From Hyaloraphidium curvatum SAG 235-1 (taxonomy: Eukaryota; Fungi; Monoblepharomycota), in assembly GCA_025558095.1 (NCBI GenBank), contig JAIVFI010000036.1, forward strand, positions 248,001 to 312,000: a DNA stretch of 64,000 nt. The letters are read 5' to 3'. The notes below the pieces were generated by a model. That model did no database searches. It was not told where the DNA came from and saw only the letters and a program-made list of their open reading frames with translations. Below, piece after piece: positions 1 through 12,929 of this stretch. The position numbers were made by a program, and so were the translations under genes. Every line of letters begins with the position of its first letter. The first letter of the stretch is position 1.

Positions 1-582
1 TGCGAAGAATCGGCCGAGGAAGGTGCCGAAGAGCTGGGAGTCGGACTCGAAGAGGAAGACGAGGAAGAGGAGGCCGTCGAGACTTCCGAAGGCGAAGACG
101 ACAGCGAGGACGGCTCGGAGGAAGATTCGGACGAAGATGACGAGGAGGAGGACGACGAAGAGGGGCCGAGCAACGCGGGAAAGAAGGGCAGCTCGAGCGC
201 GGTGCGCCGATTGGTCTTTGCCGACTGTTTCCAAGTCTGACCCCGATCTGGCCGATTCAGATGGCCGAGGATCTCGACGAGGAGCTGACGGAAGAGCAAG
301 AGCTGCAGGAGCTCCGTGAGCTCTCCGTCTTCGCCTCCAGCGGCCCTGCGCTGACCTTCCCGTCCTGCAGTCGAAGACTACGACGACATACCCGCCTCCG
401 AGATCCTGACCACGGGCCGGCGCACCCGCGGCAAGCAGATCGACTTTGTCGCCGCCATGGAGCGCGATCGGCTCGAGCGCGGCGCGGGGTCCAGCAGCGC
501 CACGGCGCCGGCCGAGGCCGGGTTGGAGTTGGAGAGCGAGGATGACGGGTTCGACGAGGACTTCGAGGACGGATCCGAGTAG
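1..582 (+). CDS. CHZ1: 3' part of an acidic histone H2A.Z chaperone (Chz1-like, CHZ motif); gene starts upstream of the window
   Basis: Spliced exons 1-201, 261-315 and 371-582 (GT-AG introns) give a D/E-rich protein with EDYDDIPASEILTTGRRTRGKQIDF, matching the CHZ motif (RRTRGKxIDY/F); stop TAG at 580-582. Confidence 0.75.
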
Positions 583-845
583 GCGACATGGCGGAAGATA
601 CCCCGTAGGACTCGGACATGGACGTGGGAGTGCAATGCAGAAGAAAGTTGAGAAGTGCGCGAGAAGTCCGCGCGAAGTCCTCCTCAAGACGTAGACCGGA
701 CTCGGACTTGAGCGGGAGCGAAGATACTGCACATTCCGAATCTATCTTTTTCCCACCGCGACGCCTATGTACAAGGCAATAAGACCTCAGATCTCTATCC
801 TGCAATGGCAATCCCAGATGCAGACACCATGACAAGACGCTCAGT

Positions 846-3232
<2,387 letters not shown>

Positions 3233-3241
3233 TGCTGCGAT

Positions 3242-3643
3242 GGAAGGTTGTGGAAGGGCGCGGGTGTGCGGTGCGGGCGACGCGATGCGGGCGCGGAAAA
3301 GGGCGGAGGGCGCGCCGGGTGGGCGTCGGCAGGCGGGGGCGGGGAGGGAGGGGCGGTCAGCGACTGCTGCGAGCGGGGCGGGCGTTCGGGGCGGGTCGGG
3401 AAACAAAGACGGCGCGCGGCGCCGGGGCCGCGCGAGGGCAGCCCGAGCTCGCGCACGCCGGCCGTGGGTCCGGCCCGCCCCGATGCACCGCTTGCGGGCG
3501 GCGGGCGTACCTCCGGTGGCGCGATGTCCGGGGAGGGTGGGTTGAAATTGAAAGTTGATGGGCCGCCGGGCGGGACGGGTCTTTTGTATCGGCTGTGGCC
3601 GCCAGATCAGCCTCGAAGCGCCCACAACGTTCCACAACCTTCC
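3242..3643. promoter_or_regulatory. Two HSE-like elements (14-bp inverted pair) between the divergent Hsp70 and OB-fold genes
   Basis: GGAAGGTTGTGGAA (3242-3255) and its exact reverse complement TTCCACAACCTTCC (3630-3643). Each has GAA/TTC triplets 10 bp apart, like a gapped heat-shock element. Confidence 0.35.
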
Positions 3644-3704
3644 CCGCAAGGTCGGCTCGCCGCGCCCGCCCGGACGGCGGATCGCCGGCACCGCTCCCTC
3701 CGAA

Positions 3705-4618
3705 ATGCTCGCCCGCGGGATCCCCGCGCCGCCAATGCCCCGGATCGAGCCGGCGCGCCCGCTCGGGTGGGGAGCGGCGCCGGGGCTTCCCACGGCGACC
3801 GGCCACCTCCCCGCGCACAGAAACCACGCCGCGCCCGCCCACGCCGCACCCCGCGCATTACCGCGGCCCGCGCAGGCACCGCCAGGCCCCGGAAAGCAGC
3901 CTCCCCCCGCCTTCCGCCGCACCGAGTTCGCACCCGATCGCGTGCGCGCCTACGGCTCCGTGGCCGAGCTGCTGGCCTCGGAGGTAGTCGAGAACGTCGA
4001 GCACGGAAGAATCGGGAGGGACGCCATGCAGGGGATCGTGATGGTGGAGCTCGTCGGTGGGTTTCGGGGGTTCGGCACCGGGGTCCGATGCCCGGGGGAG
4101 CGTAACCGGCACCGGTGCACCGCGAGCCTGCTGCTCGGCCAAAAGCTGCTTGGGAGGAGATTGCAGGCTCGCAAGAGCGCTCTGCTGGCGGCCTCGACCC
4201 CCTCCACCGTTCGTCCTCTCACCCCCTCCCCGCCAGCCATCCTCACCTCGCACCTCCCCCCTCCTCCACGCACCCACCCCTCCCACGCCATCCTGCACCG
4301 CTTCCTCGTCTCCGACCCTCCCCTCCCCGGCCTCGGCCCGCCGCACTCGATCGCGTGCGCGCACTACGCCGCCGACCTGCCCTTCCCGTCCCTCTCGCCC
4401 GGCGACGAGGTCCGGGTGCTGGGGATGCCGCGGATGGGCGAATCGGGGGTGGAAATGCTGTGCTATTTCGTCGGGAGGTGGGTTTGCCGCGCGTGCGGCG
4501 GGCCGCGGGGGGCTGATGCGCGGCGAATAGGTGCGAGGAGCACGAGGCGGACCTGGTGAGGCTGCTGGCGACCACGGCGTGCGAGGGGGTGACGCCGAGC
4601 CCGGCGGATTGGGACTGA
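3705..4618 (+). CDS. SPATA22-like OB-fold protein (start codon uncertain)
   Basis: Splicing introns ~4057-4236 and ~4478-4530 gives IVMVELVAILTS...HRFLVSD...[25 protein letters not shown]...[13 protein letters not shown]. By eye this resembles the SPATA22 OB fold (FEVLAVLDS...FLMRD...CVFYEIDRELPRLIRG...CVG...QCVSVR). Stop TGA at 4616-4618. Confidence 0.5.
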
Positions 4619-4769
4619 GGAGCTGTGGATTGCTGATTGCTGATCGTTGGTCATGGTCGATGTATGCTTGGTGGAGGGTCTGATTCGAGGGCGGTCGCAT
4701 TCACGTTTGGGCTCCCCATGGCCGTAGTGACGGTGCACGCCGATGCCCAGCGGTCTCAGGTTGAGCCGC

Positions 4770-5090
4770 GGTTCCCCAGCACACGGCTGGTTCGCCAGGG
4801 CCCGCCAGGTTCCCGAGGTTTGGCCAGGTTCCGCCCAGGTTCCCGACAATGGATCCCGGTTCCGAGATCGACGCCAGGTTCCTAGACCGGCGCCAGGTTC
4901 CCGAGGTTCGCGACCTCGACGTTTGGTTCCGATATCGGCGCCAGGTTCCGGACAAAGGCGCATCGACACCAGGTTCCGAGATCAGGAGCAAGTTCCCGAC
5001 GTCAACGCCAAGTTCCCGACCCTCACGCCAAGTTCCTGACATTGACGCCAAGTTTCCGACGTTGGCACTTGGTTCCCGAGATCGGCGCCA
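4770..5090 (+). repeat. Degenerate ~19-20-bp period array with core CCAGGTTCC(C)GA
   Basis: About 15 copies of CCAGGTTCCCGA, CCAAGTTCCCGA or TTGGTTCCGA separated by short variable linkers. Confidence 0.9.
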
Positions 5091-5162
5091 CGTTGCGCGG
5101 ATTCCCGAGGCTACCCCAGATAAGGGAGATGGTTTGCGCAGCGAGAGTGCCGCCGATCTGGC

Positions 5163-5230
5163 CGTTGCGACTCTCAAAACGTCTCAGGACGACCAGCAGA
5201 AGGTCCAGTGTTCGATCCACTGAAGCGGCA
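5163..5230 (+). pseudogene. 5'-truncated copy of tRNA-Thr(CGT): part of the intron plus the 3' half
   Basis: CCGTTGCGACTCTCAAAAC..GACC-AGCAGAAGGTCCAGTGTTCGATCCACTGAAGCGGCA matches the 3' part of the tRNA at 11686-11797; D arm and anticodon are missing. Confidence 0.85.
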
Positions 5231-5634
5231 CCCTTTTGCCCCGCCCGGACCCCGTCGTCCTCCGGCGGGTCGTTTTGGCCAGGTTTGGGGCCGGGGCCGC
5301 GGTTTGGACGCCTGGCCGGCCCGGGCCGCCTCGGGGGGCTGTCGGAGCGCTCGGGGGGGTGCAAAGCAATAAAAGTAGGCCGATTCAAGCGGATTTTGTC
5401 GAACATCCCCCATGTTAGCGTGGAGATTCGTTGACGTTCGGGGTGGAGGCGTCGGGGGCTAGCAGGAGCAACAAACAAACGTTCCGCGGGGACAACACTC
5501 AGTCGCCAATTCCGAAGTCGAACCTGGCTTTGGGGCTACTACAACTCTAACATTCTATCACTGGACGAGGCTCCCGACCATCTGAGCTAGATGCAGCTCC
5601 TGAACGAGGGCGTGTCCTCGATCACATCTCTGGA

Positions 5635-6737
5635 TCACAGCTTGCCCCCCCTCCCGACGCGCGGCAACCGATCCTCCCTCTTTAGCTGCTCCATATCGAT
5701 CGGTTGGTTTTCAGCGCGCAGCCACCACCCGCCGTCCGAGATGACGTTAGCGCCCGTGATGTTCCAGCTCGCCGTTGACGCAAGGACTGAAGTTCGTGGA
5801 GAAAGAAAGCAGAGCCGGAGCGAATAAGAAAAATGGCCGGCTAGCGACGACTGAACTCACAAAGAGCGAGCATTTGCATGTCCGTGAGGTTGCCATTTCG
5901 GCCAAGAGGGATACCTCGGAATCTCTCCGCCTCAGTTCCCTTGATCGTCAGTCTTTCCATGCCTCCGGTATCGTCAATGGGTCCCTGTCGGCCAGCAAGC
6001 GCCCCGGTAAATGGAAATGCCGGTGCAGCCGGTCAACTGGTCGCAAATCACGCACCGGACCCAGCGAGTTCGCCCGGATGCCAAGCTCTCCCCACTCATT
6101 GGCCACCGTGCGGACCAGCGCATCAATACCGGCTTTGGCACTCAACGCGTGGCCCATCCTGAAGCTGCCGCGCTCCGGCAACCCGCCGGCCGTGATGGCG
6201 ATGACGGCCGCGAATCCGGTCTCGGCAGCGGCGTCCTTAAGATGGGGGAAGCAGGCCTTCAACGTGTTGAACGTGCCGAGCAGATCAATGTCCACGACCG
6301 TTTTGAATCCATTGGGAGACGTGTCCTTGATCTGGGTGGGGTAGTTCCCCGCTGCGTTGGCAATGCAGATGTCGAGGCGTCCAAACTCGGCCCGGGTGCG
6401 ATCCGCGACAGCAAACATCTGCTCCGGGTTGCGGACGTCCGCCGCAATCGCGAGGACCTTGGCCCCGGGCACCTTGGTACGCATATCATCCGCTGCCTTG
6501 TCGAGTTTGGCCTGGTCGCGACTCGCGATGCAGACGCCGGCCGCGCCATGACGCAGAAAGGCCTCGCTGATGGCCTTCCCAATGCCACTACCTAGTTTTA
6601 AGGCAATCGCAATCAAAATTACTCGGGCCTTTACGCGAGGGGTCCCTACCACCACCCGTGATGAAGGCAACGCGGCCGGCGAGCAGCGTGGGCGAGAACA
6701 CGGAGGTCGTCGGAGGTGCGCCTGTCGCCGGTGCCAT
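5635..6737 (-). CDS. Peroxisomal 2,4-dienoyl-CoA reductase-like SDR (Sps19/DECR2 type), copy 1
   Basis: After splicing three short introns: VAFITGGGSGIG, DVR, NAAGNY, SPNGFKTVVDIDLLGTFN, SAKAGIDAL, EWGELGIRANSLGPGPI, ITGANVISDGG; ends GGKL*. Confidence 0.88.
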
Positions 6738-7015
6738 AACTTCCACAAAATTGATGCAGGCAAGCAGAGAAAGCAGATGTCTGTCTTTCCTAGGCAAACG
6801 GACGAGTGGGAGGCAGTTGCGTGGGGACAGGGATCGCGCTTCTCTGTCGAAATCCATGCAGACCCTGGTTCTCTCATCCCGCCAAGACCGACGTGCACTC
6901 TATCATCCGTCGTTTTAATAGGTGGTGGGAACTTGGAAGCAGGCTTCATCAATTGAGAAAGCTTCGTGAACTCTCTGGATTACAGGCCGTTTCGGCGGCC
7001 CTCCCCCAAGTCCGC

Positions 7016-8107
7016 TTACAGCTTGCCCCCTCCCCTCCCCACGCGCGGCAGCCGGTTCTCCCGCTTCAGCGCATCCATGTCGATCGGTTGGTTCTCCGAT
7101 CGCAGCCAGGTGCCGCCGTCGGAGATGACGTTGGCGCCCGTGATGTTCCAGCTCGCTGTCGAGGCGAGGACTGCGAGTTCGGCGCGAAAATGGGCCGTCA
7201 GAGCAACCGAGGCAAACGGACAAACGGAGCAGCAACTCACACAGAGCGAGAAGCTGCATGTCCGTAAGGTTGCCGAGGCGGCCGAGGGGAATGCCCTTGA
7301 TCGCCGCGGACTCGGCACCCTTGATCGACAGCCGTTCCATGCCTCCGGTGTCCTCGATACCCCCCTGGCGACCAGAAACCTTCACGGTGAGAAACATCCC
7401 GGGCTGACATAGCCGAAGCACCCACCGGACCCAGCGAATTCGCCCGGATGCCAAGCGCTCCCCACTCATTCGCCACTGTCCTGATGAGAGCGTCGATACC
7501 CGCTTTGGCGCTCAGCGCGTGGCCCATTCCGAAGCTCCCGCGCTCTGGGAGGCCGCCGGCCGTGACGGCGATGACGGTCGCAAAGCCAGTTTCGGCAGCA
7601 GCGTCCTTGAGGTGCGGGAAACAGGCTTTCAATGTGTTGAAGCTTCCAAGCAAGTCAATGTCGACGACCGTCTTGAAGCCGTTGGGGGACAGGTCCTTCA
7701 TCTGCGTGATGTAGTTCCCAGCAGCATTGGCGATGCAGATGTCGATGCGCCCGAGCTCGGCACGAGTGCGATCCGCGGCAGCGAACAACTGCTCCGGGTT
7801 GCGGACGTCCGCCGCAATCGCGAGGACCTTGGCCCCGGGCACCTTGGTACGCATATCATCCGCTGCCTTGTCGAGTTTGGCCTGGTCGCGACTCGCGATG
7901 CAGACGCCGGCCGCGCCATGGCGCAGGAAGGCTTCGGTTATGGCCTTCCCAATGCCGCTCCCTGGTCGAGGAAGGCTAGCACGCCAAGCTCTTCGGCAGT
8001 TCACGGAAAGGGGCCCCACCACCACCCGTAATGAAAGCAACGCGGCCGGCAAGCAGAGTAGGTGAAAAGACCGACGTCGTCGGCGGCGGGCCCGTTGCTG
8101 GCGCCAT
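7016..8107 (-). CDS. Peroxisomal 2,4-dienoyl-CoA reductase-like SDR, copy 2 (tandem paralog)
   Basis: Same exon structure and motifs as 5635-6737; ends GGGKL*. Confidence 0.88.
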
Positions 8108-8488
8108 GATTCGAAGTGTGCGGGAGGCAGTTCCAGATCGGCACTGCGCATCGCCCACACGCTCAATTGCGGTTTCCCGCGAAGAATCATCCGAAAGACA
8201 AAATCACACGACGATCATTTATCCTTTCAGAACCAAGTCTTCGATTTCCTCCTGTTGATGTCACCCTTCTTCTTGATCGAAGTTTCGTAGGCTCCTCGTC
8301 GTGGCATCCATCCAGCTTTAAGAGCGGAACGAAGCCAAACACAACCGATAGCTGTCTTGAATGCTGGAAAGCGGTTTTCCGTTCTTGATCCGATTTATGG
8401 TTCCGGTGCGGTCAGGTCAGTCTACCTGGGATGAGGCGGCGTCCTTTCTCCTCGCGTCGCTCTGTTTACATCCGGAGCCCGACCGAAA

Positions 8489-11149
8489 ATGGCCGGCCCG
8501 GCGTCGCCCGAGGCTCCGGGCACGCTGACGCCGTTCATGGCGGACGGCGATGACTATGGCGCAGGCGATGCGGCCTTCCTCGGGGCAGCCCGGCCGCTGA
8601 CCGCGCGGCCCATCGCGGCCAGACTTCCCGACGGCTTCGGCGGACCGCCGAAGCTTCTGCCCAACGGCATCGCCAACGGACCCACTCCGAAGACCAAGAA
8701 GTCGGCAAAGGAGCGCACTCCTGCCAAGGCAAAGGCGCAGGTGGCGGAGTATGAGCCGCCCATTCGTCGAACGGTTTGCTCTCTCTCTTTGGCGGCTTCG
8801 TCTCCCCCGATGCTGCTCGCTGCCATGCAGGCCGATGGTGTGCACGGCTACCTCGTGGATCGGCCGGCTGTCAGCAGGAGCGTGCCGCCTGGGACTATCT
8901 TTGCCAGCGCCCCGGTTTTCCTGCCCTCCCCTTCCCAAACGTCGGCGCCTTCTGGCCCAGTTGATGGACCGCCGGGCCTCCTGGTGGCTGCGATTGTTGC
9001 CTCGCCAGATGTTCCAGTCGCAGAGACGGGGAAGCAGCTCTGGGCGTGGCAGGTCCCCTCTCCGAGGCCGCTGGAGAAGGCGAAACGGACCCTCTCGGCC
9101 GAGGTCGCCTCGCTCGTGCCCCTGAAAAGGAGCCTTGTTGCTGTGCACGTTGACGGCTCGGCAACCATCCTGGATGGCGGCAGAGACCTCACTGTGCGCG
9201 GGCAGGCCGAGTTGCCGCTGCCTGGCCCTGGTCGTGTCGTTTGGGTCGGCTTGCCGGCGGCGGAGGAAGATGTCGACGCGGAGGGAGGTCTTGGAGATCA
9301 GCTGGGCTCTTTCTGTCTTGCCTTTCGGGGGAGGGACTCTGGCAGGTACCATGTCGCCGCCATGACGGTCGGTTCCGACCTGGCTCTGTCTCCGGACTGT
9401 GTCGCCGACCTCCCGGAGGACCTTGGCGAACCTATTGCGTGGGCCTTCCGGCGCGGATCTGGCGACGAAGATAAACCGCATCAGCTTGCCGTGATTGGTG
9501 AGTTCACGCATTCTCCGCGCAAGCTCGACAAAAGCGGTTGAGGCTCACGATTGCCCACCACCTTTCCCGCAGTCGGCACGGATCTCGTCTTGTTTCAAAT
9601 CTCTCTCGCCTCGGGCCCGGTCAAACCCTCGATGCGGATACCGTTGCCCGCCAAAGATGCCGAGATTGCTTTTCTCAACGCCACCCACCTCCTCGCCCTG
9701 TCCCCGACAACCGACTTTGCGGTACGAGCCATGCTGGTCGAGACCGTGTGGGGCACCACGCAGGCGGACAAGGAGCTTTCTGTGGACGATGGAACTTCCG
9801 GATCGCTCACGCAGAGCCCCGAAAAGGGTCCGAAAGGCATCTTGATCGCGCTCACCGTGTTCCCGGATCCCGACGGGCCTCGGGCCGCGTTTGCCGTTTC
9901 CGTGCCGGCGGCAACCGCGAACACGTTTCGGACTTCGATTCACCTGGTACCGTTTGCGGTGCCGCACCGGCCGACTCTTGCGTCTGTGCTCGGCCGCGCG
10001 CCACCCAGACCTGCTGATCCGGACCTGGAGGCCCTCGAAGCTGCCGCTGCTTCTGCGGACGCTTCGGCGTTTGAGAAGGCGTTCGCAGAGCGTTTCCTTT
10101 CCAAGACCTTGGTTTCGCCCTCCGACTTTCCCTCGGCATTCCCCGACTTTCCCTCTCAACTCATTCCCCGCTTCGTCGGCCTCTGCCTCCCGACCGACGC
10201 TACCTTTTCCCCCTTGCGCTCTTTCGTTTTCCTGCTGCGCACGCGCTTGGTGTCGGCGCATTCCGTTGCGGGGTGGTTCCCCCGGCTCCTGGAACGGGAT
10301 GATCCCGTTGCCGTGGAGGCTGCCTTGCTGCACGTGCCAGACCTTCCCGAATCCGATCTCGCGCTATGCATTCGCTGGATTCTTGGCGGCGCACTTTCGG
10401 ACGCGCCTGCAGATCCCGCCAGGATCGGCAGTATGGACGCGCTCGCCGCGCGGCGTCCCGCCCAGCCTGCCTCGTCGCTCTCCGCGGGCCAATCACACCT
10501 CCTCTCCCTGGCGCTGACGTACCCCAGCTCCCGCCTGGAGCTCGTTCGCGCGCTGCGACGCGGGCTGTCGGCGGCAGAGTGGTGCTCGCTGTGGTCCTGG
10601 CTCGCAGGGCGGATCGAAGGGTACGCCGAGGGCGCGGAGGAGGAGGGCGACCTCGAGTCTGGTCTGTGGATGTTCAGGCCCGTTCCCGGAGACGGTGCGT
10701 TGGACGGGGATAAGGGCAGAAAAAAGAAGGATGGGAAGGGGAAGAAGGTTGAGGGAGATTGGCTTCCCGGGCCGAAGGGCGAGGAGAAGATGATTGCGTC
10801 TCGGACCAAGCTCTCGCTCCAGCAGGTTCGTGGTTACTGCGGGCCGGCTTTGAAGCATTGCGAACTAATCGCTACTAAACCACAGCTCGTCGAGGCCACC
10901 TCGCTCACTTTGGACGCGAACGTCCACGTTCTCGCTCGCGAGCCCTCCCTCCACCCCCTCCTTCGCCGCCTGCACGACCTGGTGTCGTCGTCTCTCTCCC
11001 TGTACCGCTCCTGGGATCCTCTGCGCCCCGGACTGGGTGCTTGTCTGGAGAGAGGGGTCAAGAAGACCACCAAGGGGCCCGGGAAGCGGGCGAGGAGAAT
11101 GGGCGGAGGGTGGCAGGGGCGGTACGGGATTGAGGTCGTCGAGTTCTAG
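8489..11149 (+). CDS. Utp8/NOL11-like t-UTP (SSU processome) protein
   Basis: ORFs 8489-9541 and 9551-11149 joined by a short intron (another near 10826-10884). Beta-rich N-terminus, helical LLHVPDLPESDL region, C-terminal RYGIEVVEF resembling the Y-x-(I/V)-E-x-L/V tail of Utp8/NOL11. Confidence 0.6.
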
Positions 11150-11685
11150 GCGGCCACCGCTGGGGAATGTAAGAGATGGGTAAAGGCGGCCTGCGCGGTC
11201 GGTCATTGACTCGGTCTGCCTCGTTTCGGGGCGTTCTCCGAGGGAGCTGGTCCTGCCCTTGGACCGTCATCTCCGCCGGCGACAGCCGGTTCCCAGGTCC
11301 CGTTCATTCAGTTTTCAACTTCGAGCGATCGTAATTCGCAAGTCAGATGGTGTCATGGACGAGTGAAATGCTTGCAGGGGCGAGACCTTCTGTGGGAACA
11401 GGGAAGTTCCCGTTCCGCGACCCTCGGCGAAAACGCATCTCCTCCCGCAAGGCTGTCCACCAAAAGGAAACCTTCTGAAGCTGGCTCTGATTAGGTTAGG
11501 AGTCGGTCGCGCCCTCTGGCCGAGTGCAAACGCGGTTTGCCCCGCCCCGGCTTGCACCCCCCCGAGCGCTCCGACAGCCCCACGAGGCGGCCCGGGCCGG
11601 CCAGGCGTCCAAACCGCGGCCCCGGCCCCAAACGTGGCCAAAACGACCCGCCGGAGGACGACGGGGCCCGGGTGGGGCAAAAGGG

Positions 11686-11797
11686 TGCCGCTTCAGTGGA
11701 TCGAACACTGGACCTTCTGCTGGTCGTCCTGAACCGTTTTGAGAGTCGCAACGGGATCAAATACGAGGCAGACGCACTGCCACTGTGCTAAAGCGGC
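11686..11797 (-). tRNA. tRNA-Thr: tRNA-Thr(CGT) with a 40-nt intron (11722-11761)
   Basis: Cloverleaf GCCGCTT-TA-GCAC AGTGGCA GTGC-G-TCTGC CT CGT A[intron]A GCAGA-AGGTC-CAGTG TTCGATC CACTG-AAGCGGC-A, followed by a TTTT Pol III terminator. Confidence 0.93.
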
Positions 11798-12189
11798 GGA
11801 CCGCACTACGAGCCGAGGATCGTGGCACCCAGGAGCCGTCCTCCCCGTCCCAGATGACGCACTGCCACCGTGCTTAAGCGGATGAACGCATGCGAGCCTT
11901 AAAGTCTGTCCGACAACGGATGCGCCTCTCATCCTTGATTCACCGGGGCGTCCCTTGCGGGGCCTGCATGTTCCAGCTAGCCAGCTCCCATGGTGACGTG
12001 CCCGCATGGTCTAGCGGACTTCGCCGCTAACGCCGGTCCACCTCGGGAATGATGCAACACACCCCGTCATGACCCGGAGGACGATGATTCTCGGCAGATC
12101 GGCGGCAGTGTACTCCGGGGCCCTCCCGTTCGCAGGCCCGCGTCATCGTGCAGCGTGGGCCATTCAGCTGGCGTGTGGACCTCCGCAAC

Positions 12190-12570
12190 CCATCGTCGGT
12201 TGTGGGAACTGGGCACCGACGTCGGGAACCTGGCGGCGGTCTGGGAACCTGGCGCGAAAGTTCGGAACCTGGCGTCGATGTCGGGAACTGCCTTGGCGTT
12301 CGAGGTTGGGAACCTGGCGCCGATCTCGGGAACTGTGCGCGGACCTCGGAACCTGGCGCCCTGGTCCGGAACCTGGCGCCGATATCGGAACCAAACGTCA
12401 ATGTCGGGAACCTGGCGTTGAGCTCGGGAACCTGGCGCCGGTCTAGGAACCTGGCGTCGATCTCGGAACCTGGATCTTTTGTCGGGAACCGGGCCGGAAC
12501 CTGGCCAAACCCCGGGAACCTGACGTGCTCTGGAGAACCAGCCAGGTGCCGGGGAACCGCCGGCTCAACC
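12190..12570 (-). repeat. Second copy of the ~20-bp period CCAGGTTCC(C)GA array
   Basis: Repeated TCGGGAACCTGG(CG) on the + strand; unit number and linkers differ from the 4770-5090 array. Confidence 0.9.
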
Positions 12571-12929
12571 TGGGACCGCTGGGCATCGGCGTGCACCGTC
12601 ACTACGGCCATGGGGGATCCGAACGTGAATGCGAACCGTCCTCGAATCAGACCCTCCACCAAGCATACATCGGCCATGAACAACGATCAGCAATCCGCAG
12701 CTCCTCAGTCCCAATCCGCCGGGCTCGGCGTCACCCCCTCGCACGCCGTGGTCGCCAGCAGCCTCACCAGGTCCGCCTCGTGCCCCCCTCCTCGAACTTC
12801 CCCACGCGCCGCTCGGCCCCGCGCGGCCTGCTACCGGCCTGGCGCACCCACTGCCCGACGAAAGCACAGCCGGCAACCCCTGCTTCGCCCATCGCGGCAT
12901 GCCTCAACCTCCTGAGCGCAGTCGGCTCT

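Larger units (their letters stand above)
4540..5364 (+). repeat. Left arm of a large inverted duplication (partner 11552-12783)
   Basis: Reverse-complement match to 11552-12783, e.g. GCACGAGGCGGACCTGGTGAGGCTGCTGGCGACC and CAGCAGAAGGTCCAGTGTTCGATCCACTGAAGCGGCACCCTTTTGCCCC; this arm has internal deletions. Confidence 0.95.
11552..12783 (-). repeat. Right arm of the large inverted duplication (partner 4540-5364); contains the intact tRNA-Thr(CGT)
   Basis: Reverse complement of 4540-5364 with ~400 bp of extra internal sequence. Confidence 0.95.

Noticed and set aside
4770-5090. CRISPR array
   Set aside because: Cores are only ~12 nt, linkers ~8 nt and related to each other, there are no cas genes, and the context is eukaryotic.
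4540-12783. Composite or Pack-type transposon with terminal inverted repeats
   Set aside because: No transposase and no target-site duplication seen; the arms consist of host exon and tRNA sequence, and the cargo includes a probable housekeeping gene.
12027-12915. ORFs 12027-12683 and 12148-12915
   Set aside because: Translations of the repeat array and duplicated arm; frames are not conserved between the two arms.
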